In this document: positions 37,571-49,340 of the stretch, one piece after another
How the letters are laid out: every line of letters starts with the position of its first letter
Numbering within the stretch: the stretch's first letter is position 1
From: Scyliorhinus canicula
Lineage: Eukaryota
Assembly (NCBI RefSeq): GCF_902713615.1
Contig: NW_024055500.1
Location: 248,001-312,000, forward strand
DNA: 64,000 nucleotides
Reading direction: 5' to 3'
The notes under the pieces: generated by a model
The model's input: only the letters and a program-made list of their open reading frames with translations
What the model was told of the DNA's origin: nothing
The model's database searches: none
Position numbers and translations under genes: made by a program

Positions 37571-38167
37571 GTAAGTTTTGCATTTGACAGAAACCTGATG
37601 GGTAATCCAGAAAATATTTTTTTTAATAAAACACAATTTTGAAATGAAAAGGGAAACAGTAATTAGTAATCGCAGCGTCAGATTGGGCAGTAGCATCTTA
37701 TTGAGTTCTGATAAAGTCATTGTGCCGATTCAGGGCCAAATGTTAAAATGATCTTGAAAAGTGCCACCAGGCTCATCGTTCTCCTGGTTAAGATGCGATA
37801 GTCGTCGTTCAAAAAACACGTTCAAATAAGTTGTGCGTAAGTTAGTCAGGATACCGTCCAGGTTGGAAATAGGCGTGGAATTAAACCAATTGTGTTAGAT
37901 TTCGTAAAAGGTTAATGTTGACATGAAGCAGTCTGAACATAGAATGAATTCCAGTAGCTGGGAGCCAAGCTAAACGAGACACTTGTTAATATAAAAAATT
38001 TGTGAATAGGGAACCCATTATGTTTGCTATCAGTAAGAAGTCTTACAACACCAGGCTAAAGTCCAACAGGGTTGTTTGGAGCCACAAGCTTTCGGAGCAC
38101 AGCTCCTTCCTCAGGTGAGCTGTTTGCTATTAGATAAGAGGTTAATGCACTAGCATGTGATACTGTG

Positions 38168-38224
38168 TGAATAACCTCAACAAGCTGATATTTGGATCTG
38201 GCACCAAATTAACCGTGCAGCCTA
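38168..38224 (+). CDS. TRAJ: J-alpha segment NNLNKLIFGSGTKLTVQP
   Basis: RSS ggttaatgc-12-tactgtg; donor gtaagt. Confidence 0.9.
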
Positions 38225-39096
38225 GTAAGTGAAGTGAAATCCTGTATTATTGTTTTTACTTTATTTTTAAATTTAGAGTACCCAATTATTTTTGTCCAAT
38301 TCAGGGGTAATTTAGCGTGGCCAATCCACCTACCCTGCACATCTTTGGGTTGTGGGGGCGAAACCCACGCAAACACGGGGAGAATGTACAAACTCCACAC
38401 GGACAGTGACCCAGAGCCGGGATCGAACCTGGGACCTCGGCGCCGTGTGACAGCAATGCTAACCACTGTGCCGCCGTGCTGCCCTGAAATCCTGTATTAT
38501 TAATGAGCGAATGAATTATTAAGCCAAAGTGGTGGCACCTTTCTGAGGTTGCGCTAGTGGATAGCACTGTGGCTTCACAGCGCCAAGGTCCCTGGTTCGA
38601 TTCCCCGCTGGGTCACTGTCTGTGCACGTTCTCCCCGTGTCTGCGTGCGTTTCCTCCGGGTGCTCCGGTTTCCTCCCACAGTCCAAAGACGTGCAGGATG
38701 GGTGGATTGGCCAGGATAAATTGCCCTTTGTGACCAAAAATGTTAGGAGGGGTCGTTGGGTTACGGGGATAGGGTGGAAGTGAGGGCTTAAGTGGGTCGG
38801 TGCAGACTCAATGGGCCGAATGGCCTCCTTCTGCACTGTATGTTCTATAGTCTATGTTTCTGTTGCACTGCATCATTATAAAAGGAATGTCCTCCTTAGA
38901 TTCCAAGCATGTTGCGTGAATAATTATGTGTGTGTGTGTGACAATTAGCAACGGTCATTAAAACTACCTTGCACAGATGGTTGCATGATGATGGAATTCA
39001 GAGATGCATACTGGGTCCAATCTAATCGCCAGGCAGAGGGGGAACTGTATTAAAGTTAGCCTAAAGGGGGTTTATGCCATAGGACACAACACTGTG

Positions 39097-39159
39097 TGAA
39101 TACTGGCAGTGGCTTCAAGCTTATATTTGGACGAGGGACAAAGTTAATTGTGGAACCAA
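39097..39159 (+). CDS. TRAJ: J-alpha segment NTGSGFKLIFGRGTKLIVEP
   Basis: RSS ggtttatgc-12-cactgtg; donor gtaggt. Confidence 0.93.
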
Positions 39160-39739
39160 GTAGGTATTTGTTCACGTCTGCGGACTATCTATTTACAATA
39201 ATGTATGTTCTCGGGGCTGGTACAATGCATCAAATCATTTCTCTTTACGGCTAAATAATATGAATGCAACTTCTTACTGACGGTACATTTGATAACTCAT
39301 GTGATACATGAGGTCTTTCCGAAGAATTGTCTCCCAATATTCACCTACCAAGTTGAACATCGAGGTTCAACGATTATCTGGATTCGTTTTCACGAAAATG
39401 CCAGATGGTAGGCGATGGAAATCTGGATCAGAATGCAACAGAAACCTGATTGAGGAGGATTCCGGGTTCTAGAATTGGTGTAAGTCTCGAAAAGGCTACT
39501 TAGACAGTGACAGGGTAGCGCATGGATAGATTTGAACATTAAAGTTGAGTTTAGAAGAATTGCGACTGGTTTGTGGTCAACAAGATTGTGTTAGGCCAGT
39601 GCTGGATTCTGGATTATATAACTGAAAGCTATTTTTAACCATGTGAGAGAAGGATATGGTGACGGCGGAACATATTAATTAAACTGTATAAAGTATTAGT
39701 TGCAAAAGCAAAACTACATTTGTCCAAATATAAACACTT

Positions 39740-40340
39740 AATCTACCATGTGCGTGTGTATGAGATTGTGTGCGTCAGTGTATATGAGTGTGTGTGATTA
39801 TGGCAATTGCGTATGTGTGGATCTGCAAATTGTGTGTGTATGATTGTGAGTGAGTGTGTGAGTATAATTGTTTGTGTACCTGTGCATCTGTGTGTTTGCA
39901 GTGTGAATGTGTGTGTTTGAGAGAGAGAGGGGGAGGGGGAGAGAGAGAGTGTGTGCGTGTATGTGGCTGTGAGGGAGGATGTGTGTTGTGTGTGTGTGTG
40001 AGCATAAGTGAGTGCGTGTGAGGCAGAGGGTGTGTTTATGTCTGTGGGACTGTGAGTGTGTGGATGTCTGTTTGTGTGTGACTGTGTGCGTGATTGTGAG
40101 ACAGATTGTGATTGTGAAGTGTTTGTGTGGATGCCTGTTTGCGTGTGACTGTGTGCGTGATTGTGAGACAGATTGTGATTGTGAAGTGTGTGTGTGTGGA
40201 TGCCTGTTTGTGTGTGACTGAGTGCGAGATTGTGAGACAGATTGTGATTGTGGTGTGCGTGGATGTCTGTTTGTGTGTGACTTTGTGAATGTGAGCCTAA
40301 TTGTGATTGTGAACTGTGTGTGTGTGTGTGTGTGTGTGGG
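39740..40340. repeat. TG-rich simple repeat/minisatellite with a unit of about 62 bp
   Basis: Repeated gtgactgtgtgcgtgattgtgagacagattgtgattgtg units. Confidence 0.9.
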
Positions 40341-40578
40341 GCCATGCAATGACTGGAGTAGTAGTTTGTTCATGCTGAAGTTGGGGAGATAGATGCATAA
40401 AAATAATGGAATAAACACATAGTTAGGAACAATGGACAGACAGAAAGAAAGACAGGTTCCTCGGAAGAAATGCACGTGAACGTATCTCTGAGGTAAAATT
40501 CATTTACCTTGCATCAGTAAAGTAGACAAAGAACATTAGTTAACCCAAAGGGTTTTTGTGATGTAGTGTAGGGCTGTG

Positions 40579-40638
40579 TGAGAGATGGGAGCTACAAGTT
40601 AATTTTTGGAAGTGGGACTAGACTGATCGTGGAACCTA
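40579..40638 (+). CDS. TRAJ: J-alpha segment RDGSYKLIFGSGTRLIVEP
   Basis: RSS ggtttttgt-12-ggctgtg; donor gtaagt. Confidence 0.93.
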
Positions 40639-40836
40639 GTAAGTGGTATACTTTCAAATAGTAATGTCCCAATTCTGATCGCAAGAAATTAAAGGATTAT
40701 TGCGGGTAATCTGGGAAAGGAGAACAATTTAATTTCAAATAATTGAAATGGCAATGGGAACAAAGTAATATTTATCGCAGCGATACATTGAGAATCAGCA
40801 CTATTCTGAGTTCTTGTAAAAGGATACATTACTGTG

Positions 40837-40899
40837 TGAATACTGGAGGGCATGGCAAAATAGTCTTTGGCAGAGGGACAGAACTCATTGTTAATCCTG
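40837..40899 (+). CDS. TRAJ: J-alpha segment NTGGHGKIVFGRGTELIVNP
   Basis: RSS agttcttgt-12-tactgtg; donor gtaaga. Confidence 0.92.
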
Positions 40900-41223
40900 G
40901 TAAGAATTTAAGCTATTAGCAAGGACGTTGAAACTAAGCTGAACTTGAATGATGTTTTTTTTTGCTGAAAATGATGTATCAATGGTAGATTAATGTCACC
41001 AAAATTAAATTCTACTTTGACATGATGTATGAGGTGGCTCTCATATGTGAGACTGTCAGAATCTGCTTTGCCTACAAAAAGGTGGGGGTGATGCAAGATC
41101 ATGCACGCATTAATATTGTAAATGTGAAGATTGAATTTGTGTGCAACATAAAGTTGTTGTCGAAGGTTCGCCTCCAGGCCAAGTATCAGGTAAAGGGTTT
41201 ACGTACTGGCGTGTCATACTGTG

Positions 41224-41280
41224 TGGGCACACAGAATAAGCTAATATTTGGACAAGGGACTAAGCTGACAGTTGAACCTC
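41224..41280 (+). CDS. TRAJ: J-alpha segment GTQNKLIFGQGTKLTVEP
   Basis: RSS ggtttacgt-12-tactgtg; donor gtaagt. Confidence 0.91.
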
Positions 41281-41999
41281 GTAAGTGAAGCTTCATTCTG
41301 CATTTTTATGATGGCGTTGGTCGTCAAATTCTTAATAACGATTGCCAGTTCGTTAGAGTTAAATTGAAGAAATAATTTGCAGAAAAGAGTGAAGAGATAG
41401 ATGTGGAACTCATCTGATGGAAACCTTGAAGCAATGATGATGGGTTTTGATGGGGTAGATCTGGAGACTATTCATCCTCACTGAATGGAAGATAGTCATT
41501 AATAATTGCAATCAATTCACCGGAAACGTCTGGACCTAGAGATTGTTTGAATGTAGAACTCGCTGTAATGCGGAGCACTTGACGCAAACAATATATATCC
41601 CAAATGGAAAGCTAGATTAATAAATGACAGAGAGAAAGGAGTGGCTGGATATGTCGAAAGGCCGAGAGGAACTAGGGTGGGAGCAGATTTGGTCTCTGTA
41701 TTTGAAAATGAAATGAAAATCGCTTATTGTCACAAGTAGGCTTCAAATGGAGTTACTGTGAAAAGCCCCTAGTCGCCACATTCCGGCGCCTGTTCAAGAA
41801 GGCTGGTACGGGAATTGAACCGTGCTGCTGGCCTTGTTCTGCATCACAAACCAGCTGTCTGGCCCACTGACTAAATAATCCTGACATGTAGCTTGCACAA
41901 TTTTGCATTAATGGGATTTAGCGATGCCAGTTAATCAAATGCCAGTCAGTCAGGTCAATAACGTTCCAGGGGGTTTATGTCAAAGGCTTAAACACTGTG

Positions 42000-42062
42000 T
42001 GGACTTTGGGGGTGCTAACAAACTGATCTTTGGAAGCGGAACACAGTTAATTGTGGAGCCAA
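42000..42062 (+). CDS. TRAJ: J-alpha segment DFGGANKLIFGSGTQLIVEP
   Basis: RSS ggtttatgt-12-cactgtg; donor gtaggt. Confidence 0.93.
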
Positions 42063-42497
42063 GTAGGTATTCATTAATGACTATAGACTATCCGTTTATT
42101 TATGTGTGGCTTCTTCCGTCCTGCTTTTCAAGTAATTTAGCCATTTGTTCCATTCACCGTTGTCACTTCTGATTGAAGAATGGATTTGATCATTTAGTCA
42201 TTATGCGTGATGGGGTCTGATCGATATAGTCAACTACCTGTCATTATACATCTTGCCAAGTTATAATTATTATCCCAATTTCCTCAGTCGTCCTGGCTCC
42301 ACTGCGCTTTGGGTAAAAAGGCCCAGCGATGGATGCACTAAATCCCAATGAGAATTTGCATTTATTATATGTCTCTTTTAAAGAAATTGAAGGTCCTGAG
42401 GTGGCTCATTAAACACATGGCGAGTGAAATAATGACCGACCGTTGAATGTACTAAAGTTAGTCAGCAGGGGTTTTGGGTATAGGACTCAATGCTGTG

Positions 42498-42560
42498 TGA
42501 ATGGTGGAGGCAACAGAGAGGTTATCTTTGGAAGTGGCACAACGTTAACTGTGGGACCAA
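42498..42560 (+). CDS. TRAJ: J-alpha segment NGGGNREVIFGSGTTLTVGP
   Basis: RSS ggttttggg-12-tgctgtg; donor gtatgt. Confidence 0.9.
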
Positions 42561-43044
42561 GTATGTATTCATCAATAACTAATTTATTGGTAGACGTGTT
42601 GTGAGCATTACCTATAATGCCTTTGTGTTTGACCTATTCATGTAGCCTGTGATCGAAGACAAAAGTGACCCATGGTTTAGAGTCTCAAAGAAACAGAGGG
42701 TTGGAGAGGCAGGGTGATGGTGGTGGCGGGGTAGGGGGGGGGGGGGGGGGGGGGGTTGGGAGGGGGGGGGGGGTTGAGGAGATGGAGGGAGGGTCTTTTG
42801 GGAGAGAACGGCGCAGGCAAGGGCGAGATGACAGGAATCTGGAATGTGCGACAGAGTTGGATTGGAGGAAGTTAATAGCGGGCGTAAGGAATGGAGGAGG
42901 CGTGCTGCTGATGGAGGCTGTTGGGGCCAGAGATGGATTGGAGGAATGTGGATGAAGTGTGGAGGGTCTACGTCATACATTGCCACGAGAGACAAGGACG
43001 GTGAATCAGCACGGATGGTTTTTGTTGGACTGTGTAAGGCTGTG

Positions 43045-43104
43045 TGAGTTATGGAAACAGCCAACTTACTTTTGGAAGTGGAACCAGACTAATTGTGGAA
43101 CCCA
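43045..43104 (+). CDS. TRAJ: J-alpha segment SYGNSQLTFGSGTRLIVEP
   Basis: RSS ggtttttgt-12-ggctgtg; donor gtaagt. Confidence 0.93.
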
Positions 43105-45165
43105 GTAAGTGTTGCACTTTGCAAAGAACATTCGGATGAGCACAAATTGAAGTATTGTCATGGGTAATCCAAAAAGTCGAAAAATTAGCTGGTTGGGTCC
43201 ATTCCAAGTCACCAAAATGAGAATGAGAGTACTTCCAGTGGCAATTGATAAGCAGTTTCCTCAGATAATTTTGGAAGGAGTAACAGGAAGACAGAGTACT
43301 GGGCTAATGGGAATATTCTTGGTAGTGTGGATGAGCAGAGAGATCTCAGTGTCCATGTGCATAGATCCCTGAAGGTTGCCACCCATGTTGATAGGGTTGT
43401 GAAGAAGGTGTGTTAGCTTTTACTGGTAGAGGTATTGAGTTTCGGAGCCATGAGGTCATGTTGCAGCTGTACAAAACTCTGGTGCGGCCGCATTTGGAGT
43501 ATTGCGTGCAGTTCTGGTCGCCACATTACAGGAATGATGTGGAAGCATTGGAAAGGGAGCTGAAGGATCTCGGACTTGACTGTGTCAGTTGAGGGATTAT
43601 GAAACCATCAATTCAAGGTTACCAGCCGTTCTTGCGATTACTGAAACTCAGTAGAAATTCAAGTTAAAACTTGCCAGGTGCAAATAAGAATTGTTTTATT
43701 TGTCTTCTATTGATTACAACTTGAAAGTCATTTAAAAGACAGTTTGTAAACAATTTGAAGCTTTCAAAGGATCACAGGAATGATCTTCTTAGACAAACAG
43801 CTCGAAACATAACTTTTAAAAGTCAAAGTCTGAAAATGAAATATGAATACAGAGAGCCAGTGAATAGTTCAGATCAAAGTATAGATGCCTAAAACTCTCT
43901 CTCTCTCTCTCTTGACACTCTCTCTCTAGCCTAACTCTCCCTACCGTAACTCTCCCTACCCTAACTCTTCTCTCCCTAACCTAACTCTTCTCTCCCTAAC
44001 CTAACTCTTCCTAACTCTTCTAAAAATGGCGGCAAAATCCCCAATGGTTATACTATCTCATATCTGTCTTAAACGATCTGATCACACCCCACTATAATCC
44101 TAATTGGTTTGGGTTAGACTCAAACACATTTGATTTGATGGTAAGCTGTCCATCTTCAATATGCAACATTACTTCTAATTGTTGCCTGTCTGCCTTTTTT
44201 GTGCATGTTAAAGAATGCAATATTGTGCTTTATCAAAGCCAGCAAAAACTGGTCTAATGTTGACCTGACTACTGTAACTATGGAGACCTCATGCTATCTC
44301 GTCATGCCATGCTGGACATAACTCCAAAAATATAAATCAAACTGTCTATTTCAATCTAGTAAAGTAAATTATGTTGCTTTTATAAAATTGTTGTTTTGTG
44401 AATGTTGGAATCAAATATATATTTGATTCGATGTTCTAACTGTCCACTTATTAAAAACAAGGCAACGTAGTCTAAAATGTTTCAGCTTGTATAAGTCATG
44501 GGATGTAATTCACCCTAATCTCGAACAGTAGAAATTCACTCCTACCACCTCGTTGCCATGGATTCAGCCCTTGTCCTTGGAGAAATGAAATGAGAAGTGT
44601 CTGTCTTATCAGACTTCTGTGTTACTTTACAACTATGACAATGAAAATTGCAAAATATGTGTTTTCTTTCATTTTAATACCGGGGATTAATATTAACGCT
44701 TAAACGCTTAAAGCTATTTTTTTACCTATATTAGGTGTATTAGAAATACCTGGCTTCTACAGTTGCAGAGGAGATTTACCAGGATGTTGCCTGGTATGGA
44801 GGGAAGATCTTATGAGGGAAGGCTGAGGGATTGAGGCTGTTTTCATTAGAGAGAAGATTAAGAGATGACTTAATTGAGGCATACAAGATGATCAGAGGAT
44901 TAGATAGGGTGGACAGTGAGAGCCTTTTTCCACGGATGATGATGGCTAGCATGAGGGGACATAGCTTTAAATTGAGCGGAGATAGATATAGGACAGATGT
45001 TGGAAAAAGTGTCAATGGTGTCGAGCAGGGAGTACATGGGCCATGTGAAGGTATGGGCAGCCATGGGAGTTAGAAGCCTACTTGTTAATATTCAGCAAAT
45101 CAGCGAGGTAAAAGCTGTGTAACCTGTTGAGTGGGAGAGTTTTTGCAATGGCCTCAGGCATTGTG

Positions 45166-45228
45166 TGAATTCAGGAGGTGCAACTCCACTCATATTTGGG
45201 AGCGGCACCAAACTCACCGTAACACCCA
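45166..45228 (+). CDS. TRAJ: J-alpha segment NSGGATPLIFGSGTKLTVTP
   Basis: RSS agtttttgc-12-cattgtg; donor gtaagt. Confidence 0.93.
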
Positions 45229-45769
45229 GTAAGTAAGATATCATTTGGTGGATATCATCGTATCGGATGGTGATGTCTAGCACGAGGGGACATAGCTTCA
45301 AATTGAGGGGAGATAGATATAGGACAGATGTCAGAGGTAGGTTCTTTACTCAGAGAGTAGTAAGGGTGTGGAATGCCCTGCTTGCAACAGTGGTGGACTC
45401 GCCAACATTAAGGGCATTTAAATGGTTATTGGATAGACATATGGACGATAAGGGAATAGTGTAGATGGGCTTTAGAGTGGTTTCACAGGTCGGCGCAACA
45501 TCGAGGGCCGAAGGGCCTGTACTGCGCTGTAATGTTCTACGTGTTCTATAATTGTATATGTAAACAAAACGGCTACTTCAACTGTGTTAAGGAATCCTGT
45601 CCTGTTAATGATCTGCAGGATGATTTAAGCTATTTGGAGGGTAATAGAGAGACACTTGATTTGAATTGGCCAACATATTGTTCCACTAATTAAAAAACAG
45701 GCTGAAGATGTCAGAATAAATGTCACAAATCATAACTTTCCACAATGGCTGGCCTGTGTTTTTGTCAAG

Positions 45770-46520
45770 AACATAAGAACATAAGAACATAAGAACTAGG
45801 AGCAGGAGTAGGCCATCTGGCCCCTCGAGCCTGCTCCGCCATTCAATGAGATCATGGCTGATCTTTTGTGGACTCAGCTCCACTTTCCGGCCCGAACACC
45901 ATAACCCTTAATCCCTTTATTCTTCAAAAAACTATCTATCTTTACCTTAAAAACATGTAATGAAGGAGCCTCAACTGCTTCACTGGGCAAGGAATTCCAT
46001 AGATTCACAACCCTTTGGGTGAAGAAGTTCCTCCTAAACTCAGTCCTAAATCTACTTCCCCTTATTTTGAGGCTATGCCCCCTAGTTCTGCTGTCACCCA
46101 CCAGTGGAAACAACCTGCCCGCATCTATCCTATCTATTCCCTTCATAATTTTAAATGTTTCTATAAGATCCCCCCTCATCCTTCTAAATTCCAACGAGTA
46201 CAGTCCCAGTCTACTCAACCTCTCCTCATAATCCAACCCCTTCAGCTCTGGGATTAACCTAGTGAATCTCCTCTGCACACCCTCCAGCGCCAGTATGTCC
46301 TTTCTCAAGTAAGGAGACCAAAACTGAACACAATACTCCAGGTGTGGCCGCACTAACACCTTATACAATTGCAACATAACCTCCCTAGTCTTAAACTTCA
46401 TCCCTCTAGCAATGAAGGACAAAATTCCATTTGCCTTCTTAATCACCTGTTGCACTTGTAAACCAACCTTCTGTGACTCATGCACTAGCACACCCAAGTC
46501 TCTCTGAACAGCGGCATGCT
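45770..46520 (-). mobile_element. CR1-type LINE fragment
   Basis: RDLGVLVHES..LVRPHLEYCVQFWSP motif; (ACATAAGA)n tail. Confidence 0.9.
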
Positions 46521-46842
46521 TTAGGTGGATCCCCATTGTATGGATAAAACATTGGAATACAAGCTGATTCTCCTGGCGAGAGAGTTTAATACATCCTGCA
46601 GTGCTTGGAGCCATCTGATGAAGTGACACAGAGATTGTCACTTCACTGAAATAGAAATAATTTACCTCTTTTGGAAATTAAGTGAGGTGTGTCTATTTAT
46701 TATTGATGACCATTTCAAATCATACATACGGGTGGATTCACAGCGCTGGGATTCAGTGATATCTAGTACTAAAACAGAAGGGAGAAGCAAATGCCCTAAA
46801 GTTAGTCAGAAGGGGGTTTTTGCTAAAGGACTTACCTCTGTG

Positions 46843-46902
46843 TGAATGATGGTATCAGAAATCTTATCTTTGGAAGCGGAACAAAGTTAATTGTGGTGCC
46901 AA
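46843..46902 (+). CDS. TRAJ: J-alpha segment NDGIRNLIFGSGTKLIVVP
   Basis: RSS ggtttttgc-12-ctctgtg; donor gtaggt. Confidence 0.92.
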
Positions 46903-47800
46903 GTAGGTATTAATTAATAATTAAAAGACTGCATGTGTATTTACGTACATCTTCACGTTCTTATCAACAATTTCTGTGTTTGATTCATTCATAATGTTCT
47001 TGTTGGTAGCGGATAGGACAATTCTGGTCGTATGTGTGATGGTTCCCAACGTTGTAACTGCATGATTGTGCATTCTATCAAGCCAAAATGTGTACCTGAA
47101 ATTAACAGGGTTGCGTGGGTCAACGTCCCTTTGTTAAAAAGTCAAATAATCTGGCCCGATTATTTTTTTAAAAATCTCGATGCAACTTCCAGTTCGACGG
47201 CGCCTCTGGTGAAACAAAGTGCTACCAGACATGTCACTGGAGCATTGTTATACATTATTATACAACTGCTCGGCCCAGGACCACAAGAAACTTCAGAGAG
47301 ACGTGAACACAGTCCAGTCCATCACACAAACCCGCCTCCCATCCATGGACTCCATCTACACCTCCCGCTGCCTGGGGAAAGCGGGCAGCATAATCAAAGA
47401 CCCCTCCCACGCGGCTTACTCACTCTTCCAACTGTTTCCATCGGGCAGGAGATACAGAAGTCTGAGAACACGCACTAACAGACTCAAAAACAGCTTCTTC
47501 CCCCCACTGTCACCAACTCCTAAACTCTTATGGACTGACCTCATTAACACTGCACCCTGTATGCTTCATCCGACGTTGGTGTTTATGTAGTTACATTGTA
47601 GACCTTGTGTTGCCCTATTATGTATTTTCTTTTATTCCTTTTTCTTCCCATGTACTTAATGATCTGTTGAGCTGCTCGCAGAAAAATACTTTTCACTGCA
47701 CCTCGGTATACGGGACAATAAACAAAGCCAATCCATCGCTAAGATAGGCACAGAAGGATAATTAACTCAGTGGGTTTTTGTGAGGGGGTGCAGGGCTGTG

Positions 47801-47860
47801 TGAATGATGGGGGCTGGAAGCTTATCTTTGGAAGTGGCTCGAGAGTAATCGTGGAACCCA
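47801..47860 (+). CDS. TRAJ: J-alpha segment NDGGWKLIFGSGSRVIVEP
   Basis: RSS ggtttttgt-12-ggctgtg; donor gtaagt. Confidence 0.93.
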
Positions 47861-48051
47861 GTAAGTGGTGCATTTGGAAATGACAATGTCATAAATCTGA
47901 TTGGAAGCAAATAATGTCACCACTATAATCTGGAGAATATAATAAGTGGACCGCTTGGCTATTTCCAGTCCTTGAAGTGAGAGGGAGATATGAAAGGCAC
48001 ATTGGGGAAACAGCACTATTCAGAATCCTTGCAAAGGGATAGATTACTGTG

Positions 48052-48098
48052 TGGATGAATAGTGTTTGGAGGGCGTGTCAAGCTTATTGTTAACCTTG
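48052..48098 (+). pseudogene. TRAJ: Truncated J-alpha pseudogene (..IVFGGRVKLIVNL)
   Basis: aatccttgc-12-tactgtg; shortened 5' end; splice donor lost (GT to CT). Confidence 0.65.
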
Positions 48099-48359
48099 CT
48101 TAGAATTGATTCTGAGAACCAGGTAAATGATCCTGGAAAGTTGCAATGTATGAATTCTGCTCAGAGTAATACATTTGTGTGTTCTGTAAAAGGATATCAT
48201 AAATATATGAAGTTAATTGATCAAAAGGAGCCTGAAATGATGGGGGTTGCGGCACTTGTTAATATTTGAACCTCGCACCTTGCTAAATGTAACATTCCGT
48301 TGATTTTGCCGATGGTCTATATACCCAGCAGAGTTTCTGCATTGGTATTTAATGCTGTG

Positions 48360-48416
48360 TGAATAACTACAATAAGCTCACATTTGGCTCTGGGACCAGA
48401 CTAACTGTGCAGCCCA
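48360..48416 (+). CDS. TRAJ: J-alpha segment NNYNKLTFGSGTRLTVQP
   Basis: RSS agtttctgc-12-tgctgtg; donor gtaagt. Confidence 0.92.
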
Positions 48417-49123
48417 GTAAGTGAAGTTCCAGTCTGCATTTTTGTGATTATTATGCTGATGATAGTTAACCACTGTTTCAGGAATCAATGCGGCCTGTTC
48501 TTCACAATTTAAAGCTAACACGGGAAAATCTAAAAGGGCATTTAAATGGTCATTGGATAGATGATAAGGGAATAGTGTAGATGGGCTTTAGAGTGGTTTC
48601 ACAGGTCGGCGCAACATCGAGGGCCGAAGGGTCTGTACTGCGCTGTAATGTTCTATGTTCTAAACTCCCACCACCCTCTGGGGAAATGGTGTTTCCTCAC
48701 ATTCCCTTCGAAATCTCCTGCCCCGCACCTTAAATCTACGCCCCCTGGTGATTGACCCCTCCACCAAGGAGAAACGTTTTTTCCTGTCTACTCTATCTAT
48801 GTCCCTTCTAATTTAATACATCTCAATCATGTCCCCCCTCCTGCTCCCCTGCTCCAAGGAAACCCCATTCTATCCAATCTCTCTCCATAACTAAAACCCT
48901 CCAGCCCGGCCAACATCCTGGTAAATCTCCTCTGCACCCTTTCCAGTTCTATCACATCCCTCCTTATAATGTGGATTCCAGAACTGCGCACAATTCCTGG
49001 ACAGTAGGTTGAGACATATATCAATAATTTTGACTTATAACCGGGCTGATGTAGACATGTAACATTCAACTGATGTACTTGGCGTGAGGTGAAAGGGTTT
49101 CTGCACTGGTCTGTAATGCTGTG

Positions 49124-49180
49124 TGTATAACTATGGCAAGCTAGTATTTGGATCGGGGACTAAACTAACTGTGGAACCCA
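49124..49180 (+). CDS. TRAJ: J-alpha segment YNYGKLVFGSGTKLTVEP
   Basis: RSS ggtttctgc-12-tgctgtg; donor gtgagt. Confidence 0.92.
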
Positions 49181-49340
49181 GTGAGTGAAATTTCGTTCTG
49201 ATTTCTTTCCCCCCCCCATCTACGATGGGGATAGTGACAATATTACGGTTGGTGTTAAGAGTTAACTTTAGTTGCCGAAGGGGCAGAGAATCAGTATAGT
49301 TCATCTGAAGGGGGTTTTTGCTAAAGGGTACAATGCTGTG

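Larger units (their letters stand above)
31450..37727 (+). repeat. Tandem array of about 3.3 copies of a 1.88-kb unit, 3 J per unit
   Basis: Offsets of 1884, 1872 and 1882 bp between the NALIFGSG J segments; near-identical introns. Confidence 0.93.

Noticed and set aside
31450-37727. CRISPR-like array
   Set aside because: Eukaryotic kilobase-scale tandem duplication, with no short repeat and unique spacer structure.
37727-37728. RAG-mediated origin of the tandem-array breakpoint
   Set aside because: The boundary lies about 19 bp outside the SINE heptamer rather than at its edge, where RAG would cut.
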